The translations under genes were made by a program, and so were the position numbers. From contig JBAZUI010000002.1 in assembly GCA_041661425.1 (NCBI GenBank), positions 38 through 64,037 on the forward strand: DNA of 64,000 nt, given 5' to 3'. This stretch comes from Patescibacteria group bacterium (GTDB lineage Bacteria; Patescibacteriota; Patescibacteriia; UBA9934). The notes beneath the pieces are model-generated. The model was not told where the DNA came from. It made no database searches and saw only the letters and a list, made by a program, of their open reading frames with translations. This document shows positions 39,536-49,080 of the stretch, one piece after another. Within the stretch, counting starts at the first letter, position 1. Every line of letters begins with the position of its first letter.

Positions 39536-40072
39536 ATGAATTTCGCCAAGAAATTGAAAGGGTATGCGCAAATGGTGCTCGCACGCTTTCCTTTTGAAGG
39601 AGGAATTTTTTTGCTTGTTGTCGGGTCTCTTATTTTGGCGCCACTTGCCTCTGCAGACGCACAAGCCATGGAAAAACAAAAGCGTCTTGAGGCGGTATTT
39701 TCCCATGAACAAACAAATAAAAACAAAGCGTTTGGATCATTTCCTCATGCGAACCTTCGTTTGCCGGCACAAGCCACGACAATTCCAGTGACTGCCTATA
39801 ATTCCGTGACCTGGCAAACCGATTCAACTCCCTGTATTGGAGCGCAAGGAACTGATATTTGTAGCTTTTTGGATGAGGGAAGTAATACTTGCGCGGCTAA
39901 CTTCGTTCCATTAGGGACAAAATTGCATGTGGAAGGACTCGGAACGTGTGTGGTACGGGATCGAATGAATGATCGATATTACTATCGGGTTGACTGGTAC
40001 ATGGGTGAAGACATCACAAGTGCAAAACAATTTGGTGTTCAATACAAGGAGGTTGGCGTCTACCCATCATAA
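39536..40072 (+). CDS. 3D-domain (putative peptidoglycan lytic) protein
   Basis: VTAYNS...QTDSTP, AANFVPLGT, VRDRM, VDWY. Confidence 0.8.
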   Translation: MNFAKKLKGYAQMVLARFPFEGGIFLLVVGSLILAPLASADAQAMEKQKRLEAVFSHEQTNKNKAFGSFPHANLRLPAQATTIPVTAYNSVTWQTDSTPCIGAQGTDICSFLDEGSNTCAANFVPLGTKLHVEGLGTCVVRDRMNDRYYYRVDWYMGEDITSAKQFGVQYKEVGVYPS

Positions 40073-40154
40073 TTACTTCAAAATACGGCATTGTGTGCCG
40101 TATTTTGTTATGCTAGAGTGAAACTATTAAAGAGCCTCCATTAATGATTTTTTT

Positions 40155-40727
40155 ATGAAGAAACTCCTTATTCCTCTTGTTGGGCTTCTGTTTCTTGGCG
40201 CTGGTTGTCTTGGGTTCGGTTCTGGCGGGCAAGCGATTGTTGGCGATTGGTGGCTTAATTTTTCACTTCCACAAGGCTGGGTCGTTACTCGTGACTATCG
40301 CGCATCGGACGCGACCGCAAAATTAAATACGGAAATTGATTCAAGTCTTTCAGATCTTGTGATCCAGAGTACAGATAAGCTCATTTTAACATCCGGTCAG
40401 GCCGCTGACCTTTCTGGTGGCAATACCGCTGATCAATATATCAATGAGAACTATACAGCGATTCGCGTTTTCCATCTTGACGCGCGTAGCATTGTTCCGT
40501 CCGAAGCAGAGGATATTGGTGATGGATTCAAAAAACTCGATCTCTGTGCCACGAGTGAGACGTGTACTTACGACGGTTCAAGCCGATACGTTTATTATTT
40601 TGAGACTGGAGTCGAGAAATTCAAATTTACGATCCTGCAGAATGGGCAGACAATTGATGTTGCTGAATCGACAATAAAGACCGCGCAACTTGTTACGGCG
40701 TTCACTGAGGATCAGTCCGCAGAATAA
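40155..40727 (+). CDS. Putative lipoprotein
   Basis: FLGAGC lipobox; flanked by hairpins at 40080-40106 and 40737-40765. Confidence 0.7.
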   Translation: MKKLLIPLVGLLFLGAGCLGFGSGGQAIVGDWWLNFSLPQGWVVTRDYRASDATAKLNTEIDSSLSDLVIQSTDKLILTSGQAADLSGGNTADQYINENYTAIRVFHLDARSIVPSEAEDIGDGFKKLDLCATSETCTYDGSSRYVYYFETGVEKFKFTILQNGQTIDVAESTIKTAQLVTAFTEDQSAE

Positions 40728-40823
40728 GGGTAAAAGAAAATCCGCGATTGACTTCGCGGGTTTTTGTTGCGCCAATATCTGGCAGGCTTGCAATGCCTTT
40801 GTACGAGAATTTCAGCTTTTTTA

Positions 40824-40899
40824 TGGAGGCCACGGCCGGAGTTGAACCGGCGCATAGCGGTTTTGCAGACCGCCGCGTTAACCACTTCGCCACGTGGCC
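40824..40899 (-). tRNA. tRNA-Cys(GCA)
   Basis: GGCCACGTGGCGAAGTGG...GCGGT-CT-GCA-AA-ACCGC...GGTTCAACTCC...CCTCCA. Confidence 0.95.
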
Positions 40900-40943
40900 A
40901 AAAGGTAGACCGATCGTAGCAAAAAAATTGAGTCTTTGCAAGA

Positions 40944-41372
40944 TTAGGAACGATGTTCTTGAAGAATCCGAATGATTTGATCGGTTGGGAGGGAAGCGAG
41001 ATTTTTTGGCACGAGAGCCGAAATGCGAGCGGCAACATCGGCATGCATGGCGTCCTGGATTTCGACTTTATGCGCTTCAGGAGCGCAAAGGACAATGTCA
41101 AGTTCACGATTCGCCTCGACTTCTCGTAATAAATAGTCGCTTAAATTTTTATAAAGTGCCAATCGAAGGCTATTTTTAATTTCATCAATATCCGGTGGCC
41201 CATCATTCGGGGTTCCGGATCCGCGTCCTTGAATTTCAGGTTTTTGGATGAGTAAGAGGTTCACTTCGTCGATGGTATGATCTTTTGCGCGGAAAATTTT
41301 TGCTGATTCGTTATTTGTGACAACAATGAGGGTCTCATGCTCGTAGGCAGAATAGTGTTCGGAGATTTGCAT
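40944..41372 (-). CDS. Host-attachment/baeRF12-like protein
   Basis: TLIVVTNNESAKIF N-terminus; IVLCAP; KNL; family call by recall. Confidence 0.55.
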   Translation of the reverse strand: MQISEHYSAYEHETLIVVTNNESAKIFRAKDHTIDEVNLLLIQKPEIQGRGSGTPNDGPPDIDEIKNSLRLALYKNLSDYLLREVEANRELDIVLCAPEAHKVEIQDAMHADVAARISALVPKNLASLPTDQIIRILQEHRS

Positions 41373-41493
41373 ATAAAGACATTGTAACAAAAATTTACTC
41401 ACTTTGCATGCGCGTAAGGCTCATGTATACTAAAAATAATGTCGCAAGGAAGAGGCGAATTCGGATTGTCACGACTTTCTTCCTGAATTTCAT

Positions 41494-42489
41494 ATGCTTT
41501 TGCATCGAATTGGAAAAGTTCGCGCCGCAGAATTTCCACCCAATATCGAGTGGTTGAATTCAAAGCCTCTCAAGATGAAAGAACTCTTGGGAAAAGTTGT
41601 TTTACTTGATTTTTGGACGTTCTCTTGCGCAAATTGTTTAAGAGTCGTGCATTTTCTACTTGATTGGCAAAAGAAATATGAGAGTCAAGGCTTGGTCGTG
41701 ATTGGCGTTCATTCTCCGGAATTTGCTTTTGAAAAAGAAAAGGAAAACGTTGAGTGCGCGATTGATCGCCTAGGGATTACCTATCCTGTGGCGCTTGACC
41801 CGGATTATAAAATTTGGAATCTTTATGCCAATCGTTGGTGGCCACGGAGTTTTGTTGTGGATCATCGTGGGTACATTGAATATGATCATATTGGTGAACG
41901 AGGGTATGCCGAAACCGAATCTGCGATTCAGGCCGCTCTTGCCGCCATTGGCGCAAAAGATCTTCCGGCGATCACTCCGGATCCGCTCATTGGTGGAGGA
42001 ATTTGCTATCGCGTAACTCCAGAAACGTATTTGGGTTTTTTGCGTGGACGTTATGGGAATGGCATGGATTTGGTGCCAAATGTTGAACATAGTTTTACTG
42101 ATCAAGGAAATCACGAAGAAGATTTGGTGTATTTGCATGGTCATTGGCTTGTTGGCGGGGAATTCATTGCTCATGCGCGTGATCTTTCGGCTCCGACGGA
42201 ATACATTCTCGTGAAATATGGTGCATTTGCCGTAAATGCTGTTTTAAAACCCTATCAGGGCGGAAAAGCTGAGGTCGAGGTGACATTCGATGGAATGCCA
42301 TTACCAAAGGAGATTGCCGGAATTGACATTGTTTATCGAGGAGATCAATCGATTGTTAAAGTCACTGAGTCGCGACTCTATCAACTTGTAAATTCAGAGC
42401 GTTATCATCGGGGAACATTGAAAATCAGTACAAAATCATCAAATATTGCCATGTATGCCCTGACCTTTGGCGGATGTAAAGATATCTAA
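41494..42489 (+). CDS. DipZ-like redoxin (thioredoxin fold + C-terminal beta domain)
   Basis: DFWTFSCANC, GVHSPEFAFE, TPETYLG, RLYQLV, TFG. Confidence 0.85.
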   Translation: MLLHRIGKVRAAEFPPNIEWLNSKPLKMKELLGKVVLLDFWTFSCANCLRVVHFLLDWQKKYESQGLVVIGVHSPEFAFEKEKENVECAIDRLGITYPVALDPDYKIWNLYANRWWPRSFVVDHRGYIEYDHIGERGYAETESAIQAALAAIGAKDLPAITPDPLIGGGICYRVTPETYLGFLRGRYGNGMDLVPNVEHSFTDQGNHEEDLVYLHGHWLVGGEFIAHARDLSAPTEYILVKYGAFAVNAVLKPYQGGKAEVEVTFDGMPLPKEIAGIDIVYRGDQSIVKVTESRLYQLVNSERYHRGTLKISTKSSNIAMYALTFGGCKDI

Positions 42490-42537
42490 TCGCACTCAAT
42501 TGACGGAGGGCGATTTTTTGTTTATGATTATTTTCTT

Positions 42538-43740
42538 ATGGAAAAGCCATCCATCTACGTTGATTACGCCGCAAGCACGCCGCTCGATGAGCGTGTTCTC
42601 CAAACAATGAAACCGTATTTTACGGACAATTTTGGCAATTCCTCAAGTTTCCATAAAATAGGAATGCATGCAAAAGAGGCGCTTGATTCGGCTCGAAAGA
42701 GCGTGGCAACTTCTCTTGGGGCTCGACCGCAGGAAATCATTTTTACAAGCGGAGGAACGGAAGCAGACAATTTAGCCATTCTTGGATTTGCGCGAAAAAA
42801 TAAAGAAGCCGGAAATCATATTATTGTAAGCGCAGCCGAGCATAAAGCGATTTTGGAACCAGCGATAGCATTAAAAAAGGAGGGGTTTGACGTTACAATT
42901 CTTGAAACCGATGCATTTGGGATGGTTTCTCGAGAATTGGTTCTCGCTTCAATGAGGCCCGAGACGATCCTTGTATCCGTTATTTATGGGAATAACGAGG
43001 TGGGAACACTGAATCCCATTCAAAAAATTGGGGCGGGGATTCGAAAATATCGTGAGGCACAAAAATCGTTGTATCCGGTTTTTCATACGGATGCCTGTCA
43101 GATTGCCGGTACGGAAGAGATGAATGTTCAAAAGATCAATGTGGACATGATGAGTGTGAATGGGGGCAAAATGTCTGGGCCAAAAGGAGTCGGGTGCCTC
43201 TCTGCACGTCAAGGAGTCAAGATTGAGCCACTTCAATATGGAGGCGGGCAAGAGCAAGGTCGTCGACCGGGTACAGAGAATGTTGCGGCCATTGTTGGTT
43301 TTGCTGAGGCGCTTCATTACGCGGTTCAAGAAGGGGCGACGGAAAAACAGAGGTTAACGGATCTTCGCGATTATTTGGTTAAAGGACTGAAAAAGTCTAT
43401 TCCGCATATTCGTCTCAACGGCCATCCAAAAGAACGATTAGCAAACAATGTTAACCTTTCTTTTTGCGATGTGGAGGGTGAAGCACTGCTTTTATACCTC
43501 GATGCCGAAGGAATTTTTGCATCCACGGGTTCTGCGTGTACAAGTGCTTCACTCGATCCGAGTCATGTTATTTTGGCTCTTGGATTGCCACCGGAAGTGG
43601 CGCACAGCAGTCTTCGAATGACGCTCGGACGCTCAACAACGAAAGAAGATCTTGATGTCATCATTTCAGTTTTACCGCAAGTCGTTGAGAAATTGCGTGC
43701 GATGAGTCCAAAATCCGGTAACGAGCGTTTTTATGAATAA
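42538..43740 (+). CDS. iscS: Cysteine desulfurase (IscS/NifS group I)
   Basis: DYAASTP, FTSGGTEADN, NNEVG, K.GPKG, GSACTS. Confidence 0.93.
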   Translation: MEKPSIYVDYAASTPLDERVLQTMKPYFTDNFGNSSSFHKIGMHAKEALDSARKSVATSLGARPQEIIFTSGGTEADNLAILGFARKNKEAGNHIIVSAAEHKAILEPAIALKKEGFDVTILETDAFGMVSRELVLASMRPETILVSVIYGNNEVGTLNPIQKIGAGIRKYREAQKSLYPVFHTDACQIAGTEEMNVQKINVDMMSVNGGKMSGPKGVGCLSARQGVKIEPLQYGGGQEQGRRPGTENVAAIVGFAEALHYAVQEGATEKQRLTDLRDYLVKGLKKSIPHIRLNGHPKERLANNVNLSFCDVEGEALLLYLDAEGIFASTGSACTSASLDPSHVILALGLPPEVAHSSLRMTLGRSTTKEDLDVIISVLPQVVEKLRAMSPKSGNERFYE

Positions 43741-44413
43741 AGCGCCCTACGAAGCCCAGAAGATCGTTGGGGGCGGGGGCGATGTTGTAAGCCAAGATGG
43801 AAAAACATCGTGGTTTTATAGTGAAATCGTGAAAGATCATTTTTTTCACCCAAGAAATTTTCTAGATAGCGAGCCAAAAAATGGGGAATTTAATGCGAGT
43901 GGCCGTGCCGGGTCTCCTGCCTGTGGCGATGAAATGCGCATGTGGCTTTTTATTGATCCCGAGACCGAACGCATCAAAACATGCCGATGGCGAACATTTG
44001 GATGCGGATCGGCCATTGCCGCAACCTCGATGGCTTCGGTATTGGTGACTGAAGGCGATGGCATGACGCTCGAGGAAGCGCGCTCCCTTCGTCCTCAAGA
44101 CGTTATGGAGCATTTGGGTGGATTGCCTGCACGTAAATTTCATTGTTCAGTCCTTTGTGATAAGGCGCTTCGGGATGCTATTAATGATTATCTTTTCAAA
44201 TCAAATCAAGGCTCGCGTGTGATTCTTGAAGCTTCTCGCGTGATCGATTATTCGGCCCGGGTCACTGATCGTGACATTGAAGATGCGGTAAAAGACGGTT
44301 GTCTCACACTCGCACAAGTCGTCGAGCGGACAAAAGTGGGAATTGGCAACAAAAGCGTTATTCCTGAGGTCGAATCTCTCATTCGGTTTTACAAGGAAAA
44401 ATACTTTGGCTAG
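43733..44413 (+). CDS. iscU: IscU/NifU-N scaffold with degenerate BFD-like tail
   Basis: ACGDEM, FGCGSAIA, KFHCS. Confidence 0.85.
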   Translation: MNKAPYEAQKIVGGGGDVVSQDGKTSWFYSEIVKDHFFHPRNFLDSEPKNGEFNASGRAGSPACGDEMRMWLFIDPETERIKTCRWRTFGCGSAIAATSMASVLVTEGDGMTLEEARSLRPQDVMEHLGGLPARKFHCSVLCDKALRDAINDYLFKSNQGSRVILEASRVIDYSARVTDRDIEDAVKDGCLTLAQVVERTKVGIGNKSVIPEVESLIRFYKEKYFG

Positions 44414-44426
44414 AATGGGGTGAGCT

Positions 44427-44690
44427 ATGAAAATTACCATCAAAGTCGATCCTGATCTTTGCATCGGGGTCGCGAGCTGTGTCGCGGTTTCTCCCAAAGT
44501 GTTTGAGTTGAATGCAGAGAATAAGGCTGTGGTTCTTGAGAAAGAGAGTACAAATCCTTCATCGTATGATCGTACGCTTGAAGTGACGGAAGAAGAAAAG
44601 GAAAACATCCTTTTGGCAGCACAGTCTTGCCCAACGCTTGCGATTTCCTTATTCGACGAAGAAGGGAAGCAATTCTTCCCAGAACTCTAG
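44427..44690 (+). CDS. Ferredoxin (single cluster, likely 3Fe-4S)
   Basis: CIGVASC...CP. Confidence 0.85.
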   Translation: MKITIKVDPDLCIGVASCVAVSPKVFELNAENKAVVLEKESTNPSSYDRTLEVTEEEKENILLAAQSCPTLAISLFDEEGKQFFPEL

Positions 44691-44692
44691 AT

Positions 44693-45844
44693 ATGAAGCG
44701 ATTTGTGATCATTGGGGGAGGAATTGCAGGGACAACCGCGGCCGAAACATTACGCAAATTATCTCCTGAGGCAAGCGTCTCTTTGATTGAGCGTGAAGAA
44801 CATCCGCTTTATAGTCGGGTTCTTTTGGCAAAATACGTGATGGGTGAGATTTCACGAGAAAAATTATTTCTCAAAAAGCCGGAATGGTATCAAAAAAATA
44901 ATATTGAGCGATTTGCTGGCGTAGAAGTTGAAAAAATTGATCGTAAAAATCATTTTATTGCAACAAGTGAAGGCCGTGAGATTCCATACGATGTTCTTTT
45001 GATCACGAGCGGGCTGGATGTGAACTTACTCCCTTTTGATCTTAGGGGAATTTGTTATTTGCGGACGCTTGACGATGCAGAATATTTGCGCGGATTAATT
45101 GCTGATCGCGTGGCACAAGGGGAAAAATCCGTTGCCGTGATGGGTGGAAGTTTTATTTCAGGAGAATTTTTGAATATTTTTTCTCATTTCGGGTTCGAAA
45201 TTTCACTAATCCTTCGTTCGGGTTTCTGGTCAAGAAGTTTATCGCCTGAATCACAAAAAATCATTGTTGATCATCTTGAATCAAAGGGAATTCATATATA
45301 TTACTCAAAAGATGATATTGAATGTGAGGGAAAAGAGGAGCTCCAATCTCTCAATTTTGAAAATCAAAAGATTCCGGCCTCTATTCTTGGTGTGGGAATT
45401 GGACTTCATGCGGATTTTTCTCTTTTTGAGGATTCGGGAATCGATGTAGGGAAAGGGATTCTCGCAAATGAATATCTCGAAACCAATGCCCCGGATATTT
45501 TTGCGGCCGGTGACATTGCAGAATTCAATGATCTGACCATCAAACGATCACGCATGGCGCCAAGTTGGACAAGTGCCGTGATGCAAGCGCGCACAGTGGC
45601 GCAAACCATGATGGGTGAGCGAACGCTATTCGAATCGGTCAGCTCGTATGCCACTTGGATTCTTGGGCTCGATATTGTCTTCTTGGGTGACACTTTGCGT
45701 GAAGCCGCAGATGATGTAAAAGTAAATGTATCTTCCGGCAAGAGTGAAGAATTGTTCTATCGAAAAGGAAAATTAGTGGGAGCGGCGCTTATTGGGGACG
45801 TTTCAAGACGTCAGGAGCTCACAAATGAAATCAAAGACAACTAA
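44693..45844 (+). CDS. FAD/NAD(P)-dependent oxidoreductase (ferredoxin/rubredoxin-reductase-like)
   Basis: IGGGIAG, YSRVLL, GGSFISGE, IFAAGD. Confidence 0.85.
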   Translation: MKRFVIIGGGIAGTTAAETLRKLSPEASVSLIEREEHPLYSRVLLAKYVMGEISREKLFLKKPEWYQKNNIERFAGVEVEKIDRKNHFIATSEGREIPYDVLLITSGLDVNLLPFDLRGICYLRTLDDAEYLRGLIADRVAQGEKSVAVMGGSFISGEFLNIFSHFGFEISLILRSGFWSRSLSPESQKIIVDHLESKGIHIYYSKDDIECEGKEELQSLNFENQKIPASILGVGIGLHADFSLFEDSGIDVGKGILANEYLETNAPDIFAAGDIAEFNDLTIKRSRMAPSWTSAVMQARTVAQTMMGERTLFESVSSYATWILGLDIVFLGDTLREAADDVKVNVSSGKSEELFYRKGKLVGAALIGDVSRRQELTNEIKDN

Positions 45845-45852
45845 CTGATTTT

Positions 45853-46914
45853 ATGTTGGACACACAGAAAACCTATGCCACGTTCGATAAGGAGGAATTG
45901 AGCTTTGGTATTGAGCATTTGCCAGAGCAAGTGAAAATCGCTTGGGAAGAGACGCGTTCTCTATCAATTCCATCAAATTATCGGTTATGCGATCGTATTG
46001 TGGTGATTGGGATGGGAGGCTCTGCGCTTGGGCCGCATATCGTACAATCTGTCTTTTTCTCTCGATTGAAGGTTCCGCTTGAGGTTGTACGAGGATATAC
46101 CATTCCCGCATCCGTGAATGCAAAAACATTAGTGATTCTTTCGAGTTTCTCGGGTGGTACCGAGGAAGTCCTCGCGGCCGCCAAAGAAGCACGTCGACAT
46201 CGAGCAAAAATGGTGGTGATTGCAACCGGTGGCGCACTTTTAAGCTTTGCCAAGCGTGAACATATTCCATTTTACGCGTTCAAGCCCGGTGATTTGGCAA
46301 AGGAACCTCGCCTTGGCGTTGGATTTTCCATGATTGGGATCGTGGGAATCCTCGAGCGCGCTGGTTTTTTAAAAGTCGCGACCGGTGAAATCCGTCATAT
46401 GACTCAGGCCATGAGTGAAGTGGTTGAGGGAAGCCGATTGGAGATAAAAACCGAGAAGAATGCGGCAAAAACAACAGCCTTAGAACTGAAGGGTCGGAAT
46501 ATTTTAGTGGTCGCTTCGGAACATTTGACCGGGAATGCACATTTGCTTGTGAATCAAATCAATGAGGTCGCAAAGCAGATGGCATTTTATGCGGAAATTC
46601 CCGAGCTCAATCATCATTTGATGGAAGGGCTTACCTATCCAAAAGATAATTTTTCCGGCTGGACCGTGCTCATGCTTCATTCGAGTCTCTACTATCCTCG
46701 CATTGAAAAACGGTATTCCATTACTGCGGATATTTTTGAAAAACAAGGTGGAACTGTGATTGATTATGAGGTGGGAGGAGGATCGGTATTGGAAGAGAGT
46801 GGTGAAGTGATGCAGTTTGGAAGTTTTGTGGCTTATTATTTGGCAATGCTCAATGAAGTCAATCCAAAAGAAATTCCTTTTGTGAAGTTTTTTAAGGACG
46901 CGATGGGAAAATAG
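45853..46914 (+). CDS. Bifunctional phosphoglucose/phosphomannose isomerase (SIS)
   Basis: GMGGSAL, SSFSGGTEE, QINEVAK, PELNH. Confidence 0.85.
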   Translation: MLDTQKTYATFDKEELSFGIEHLPEQVKIAWEETRSLSIPSNYRLCDRIVVIGMGGSALGPHIVQSVFFSRLKVPLEVVRGYTIPASVNAKTLVILSSFSGGTEEVLAAAKEARRHRAKMVVIATGGALLSFAKREHIPFYAFKPGDLAKEPRLGVGFSMIGIVGILERAGFLKVATGEIRHMTQAMSEVVEGSRLEIKTEKNAAKTTALELKGRNILVVASEHLTGNAHLLVNQINEVAKQMAFYAEIPELNHHLMEGLTYPKDNFSGWTVLMLHSSLYYPRIEKRYSITADIFEKQGGTVIDYEVGGGSVLEESGEVMQFGSFVAYYLAMLNEVNPKEIPFVKFFKDAMGK

Positions 46915-46928
46915 TCTCTAAGAACGAC

Positions 46929-46988
46929 AAAACCCCTGATCTCAAAGCGAGATTCCAGGGGTTGAGCGCCGAGCGAGTTCGCTCGGCG
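46929..46988. terminator. Two hairpins between convergent genes
   Basis: AACCCCTG...CAGGGGTT and perfect CGCCGAGCGA-gt-TCGCTCGGCG (46967-46988). Confidence 0.7.
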
Positions 46989-48689
46989 TTATTTCTTGTG
47001 GCGGCACGGAAGCTTTGTGCAGCCGGCGTAGGGGTCGTCCTCCGGGAGCGTGCCCTCCTCCTCGGCGCGTTCGTACGAGTAGTCCTCGTACGCTGGGACG
47101 ATCGTATTGTCCCAGGTCCAGTGGACCGAGGCGCCAAAGACCGTGATGCCACCACCGCAGATGATGAAGGCAACGGCCACGGCAACTCCCATGGCGAAGA
47201 TTCGGACCACGCGCTTGCTCATTTTCTTGTCTTCCTCGAAGGTGTTCCGCCACCCGGTTCGGGAAATCAGATCATTGAGCATCGCGACGAAGCAAATCCC
47301 GATGCAGACGAGTCTCGTTGCGTACATCGCGAACGAGGCGTCCGCAAGGGCGGAGAAGAGGATCAGGAACGCGGCCGTGAGTCCAGCGGCCACGATCGAG
47401 ATGCTGGTCGCGGTTCGGTGGAACCAGCCCGTGTGGTGCTTCTCGGGCATATCGAGACGGAGCACCCGATCGACCACGACCTCGGGCACGGGGATCCCAA
47501 GAGCCCTCAGGCTCTTCCCGAATTTGGAGAGCATCCGGTCGAGGATCCCTGGCTCGTCCACCCGCTTTCCAGTCAGCAAGGTGGTGATGCCCCGGAGAAC
47601 ATGCCCAGGAATCGGGAACAGGAGCCGTCCCACGTACAGGGTGCTAAGTCCTGCCACGAGGAGGAGAGTCACCCATCCGGATTCGGGGGCATAGAAGCCG
47701 ATCAAGAGGCCCAGGAACCAGATGATGGCTCCCAAGCCACCCGCGCCGGCGGCGAGCGCGACGATGGCGGCGAGTACCATGATTGCCGCAATCATCAGCC
47801 CTGCGAGGATAGTGATGTTTTTGGGGCTGACGACCCATTTCACCCAGGCCTTGATGGCTGGCACATCGACCCAGATGTCCGCGAGGTCTCTGGCGCGGGC
47901 CTTGAGACTTGGGCTGTGGTGGGCCATCACCGGGAAGTACACTTCGCCCCCGTACTTCATGGGATCCTGAAGGATCATCGCGGGCGTAACGCCGGCATCG
48001 ATGAGGCCTCGAAGCGCCGGCTTGGCCCAGGCCGGGTTGTAATCCATGAAGTGGCGCATGGCCTCGTAGGATTGGCTTGCGATTCCATCGAGACCTTTCA
48101 TGTGACCGTCTGCTGCGGTCGAGGCGGGGCGGTCGAGGTAGATTGCGTCCCAGAGGGCCTGGAACAGGGCCGCGAAGAGTCGGCGCTCGTCATTCTCGAG
48201 CACCTCGAAGACGAGCACCGGAATTTCCTCGGGCTGATCGGCCGTGCCCCTGAGGAATCCTTTGCGAATGGCATCGAGGAGCATGGAGCGGCGCACCGTA
48301 GCGCCTTCTACGCTCTTGCCCTCGCGTCGGGCGTTCTCGAGGCTCTCCTGGATTCCGTACCCCAGGTTCGTGAGTACGGTGTCAAGAATCCCGGCCGCCA
48401 GTCGGTTGTGGCGGCGAACCTTCTGGTCCACCACCTTTCCGAGGACGTTGAAGACCCATCCATAGGCACCGGGAGGCACCACAGCCAGAAGATCAGCGAC
48501 GCCAAGGATCGACCCAACGAGCCGGACTCCTCCGGCAACGTCCTGTTGCTCGATCCAGCGCTCGAAGGCCTCGCCGACTGCTGTCTGGAAGACGCCCTCG
48601 GCCGCTGTTTTTTCAGCTGGATTTTTGGCCTTGGCAACGCCCTCGGCCTTGGTCTTGAAGGATTCGACAAAGCGATCGAAAAAGGACAT
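46989..48689 (-). CDS. GC-rich orphan multi-pass membrane protein
   Basis: GGAG-acacc-ATG start; helical N-half, several C-terminal TM segments; TTGACA promoter at 48787-48782. Confidence 0.75.
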   Translation of the reverse strand: MSFFDRFVESFKTKAEGVAKAKNPAEKTAAEGVFQTAVGEAFERWIEQQDVAGGVRLVGSILGVADLLAVVPPGAYGWVFNVLGKVVDQKVRRHNRLAAGILDTVLTNLGYGIQESLENARREGKSVEGATVRRSMLLDAIRKGFLRGTADQPEEIPVLVFEVLENDERRLFAALFQALWDAIYLDRPASTAADGHMKGLDGIASQSYEAMRHFMDYNPAWAKPALRGLIDAGVTPAMILQDPMKYGGEVYFPVMAHHSPSLKARARDLADIWVDVPAIKAWVKWVVSPKNITILAGLMIAAIMVLAAIVALAAGAGGLGAIIWFLGLLIGFYAPESGWVTLLLVAGLSTLYVGRLLFPIPGHVLRGITTLLTGKRVDEPGILDRMLSKFGKSLRALGIPVPEVVVDRVLRLDMPEKHHTGWFHRTATSISIVAAGLTAAFLILFSALADASFAMYATRLVCIGICFVAMLNDLISRTGWRNTFEEDKKMSKRVVRIFAMGVAVAVAFIICGGGITVFGASVHWTWDNTIVPAYEDYSYERAEEEGTLPEDDPYAGCTKLPCRHKK

Positions 48690-48836
48690 GGTGTCTCCAA
48701 TTTTGTTTTCGGTTGTGAGGGAACGATTCATTCGGTTTTGAATCGAAATGAACCCCTATTTTTAGCAAAAAAATGGGGTTTTGTCAATGATTGCCACAGG
48801 GAGCTCCACCCCCTGACCCCGGCCTGCTTTTCTTGT

Positions 48837-48991
48837 GTAGGGGCGACCGGCCGCCTGCCTGCCGGTAGGCAGGGTCGCCCCTACATGCCTGTTTTTCCGG
48901 CGGGCCGTGTTTGCTTTATAAACGTACGGGCGGGTCTGCGACCCGCCCCATACAGAATTGAATCGCCGTAGGGACGTAGCCTGCTACGTCC
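48837..48991. repeat. Cluster of three GTAG-type REP-like palindromes
   Basis: 48837-48884 GTAGGGGCGAC..GTCGCCCCTAC; 48924-48953 GTACGGGCGGGTC..GACCCGCCC; 48968-48991 GTAGGGACGTAGC..GCTACGTCC. Confidence 0.75.
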
Positions 48992-49080
48992 ATTGATTAG
49001 AGACGGTCTGCATTGACGAAAGCTCATTTTTTTGCTACGCTCTTGTGTTCCGGTTTTCCACCGGATAAGGGAGATTTACC

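Noticed and set aside
46962-48971. 669-aa plus-strand ORF
   Set aside because: Antisense shadow of the GC-rich minus-strand gene, which has the SD, promoter and TM pattern; the shadow also runs through the REP cluster.
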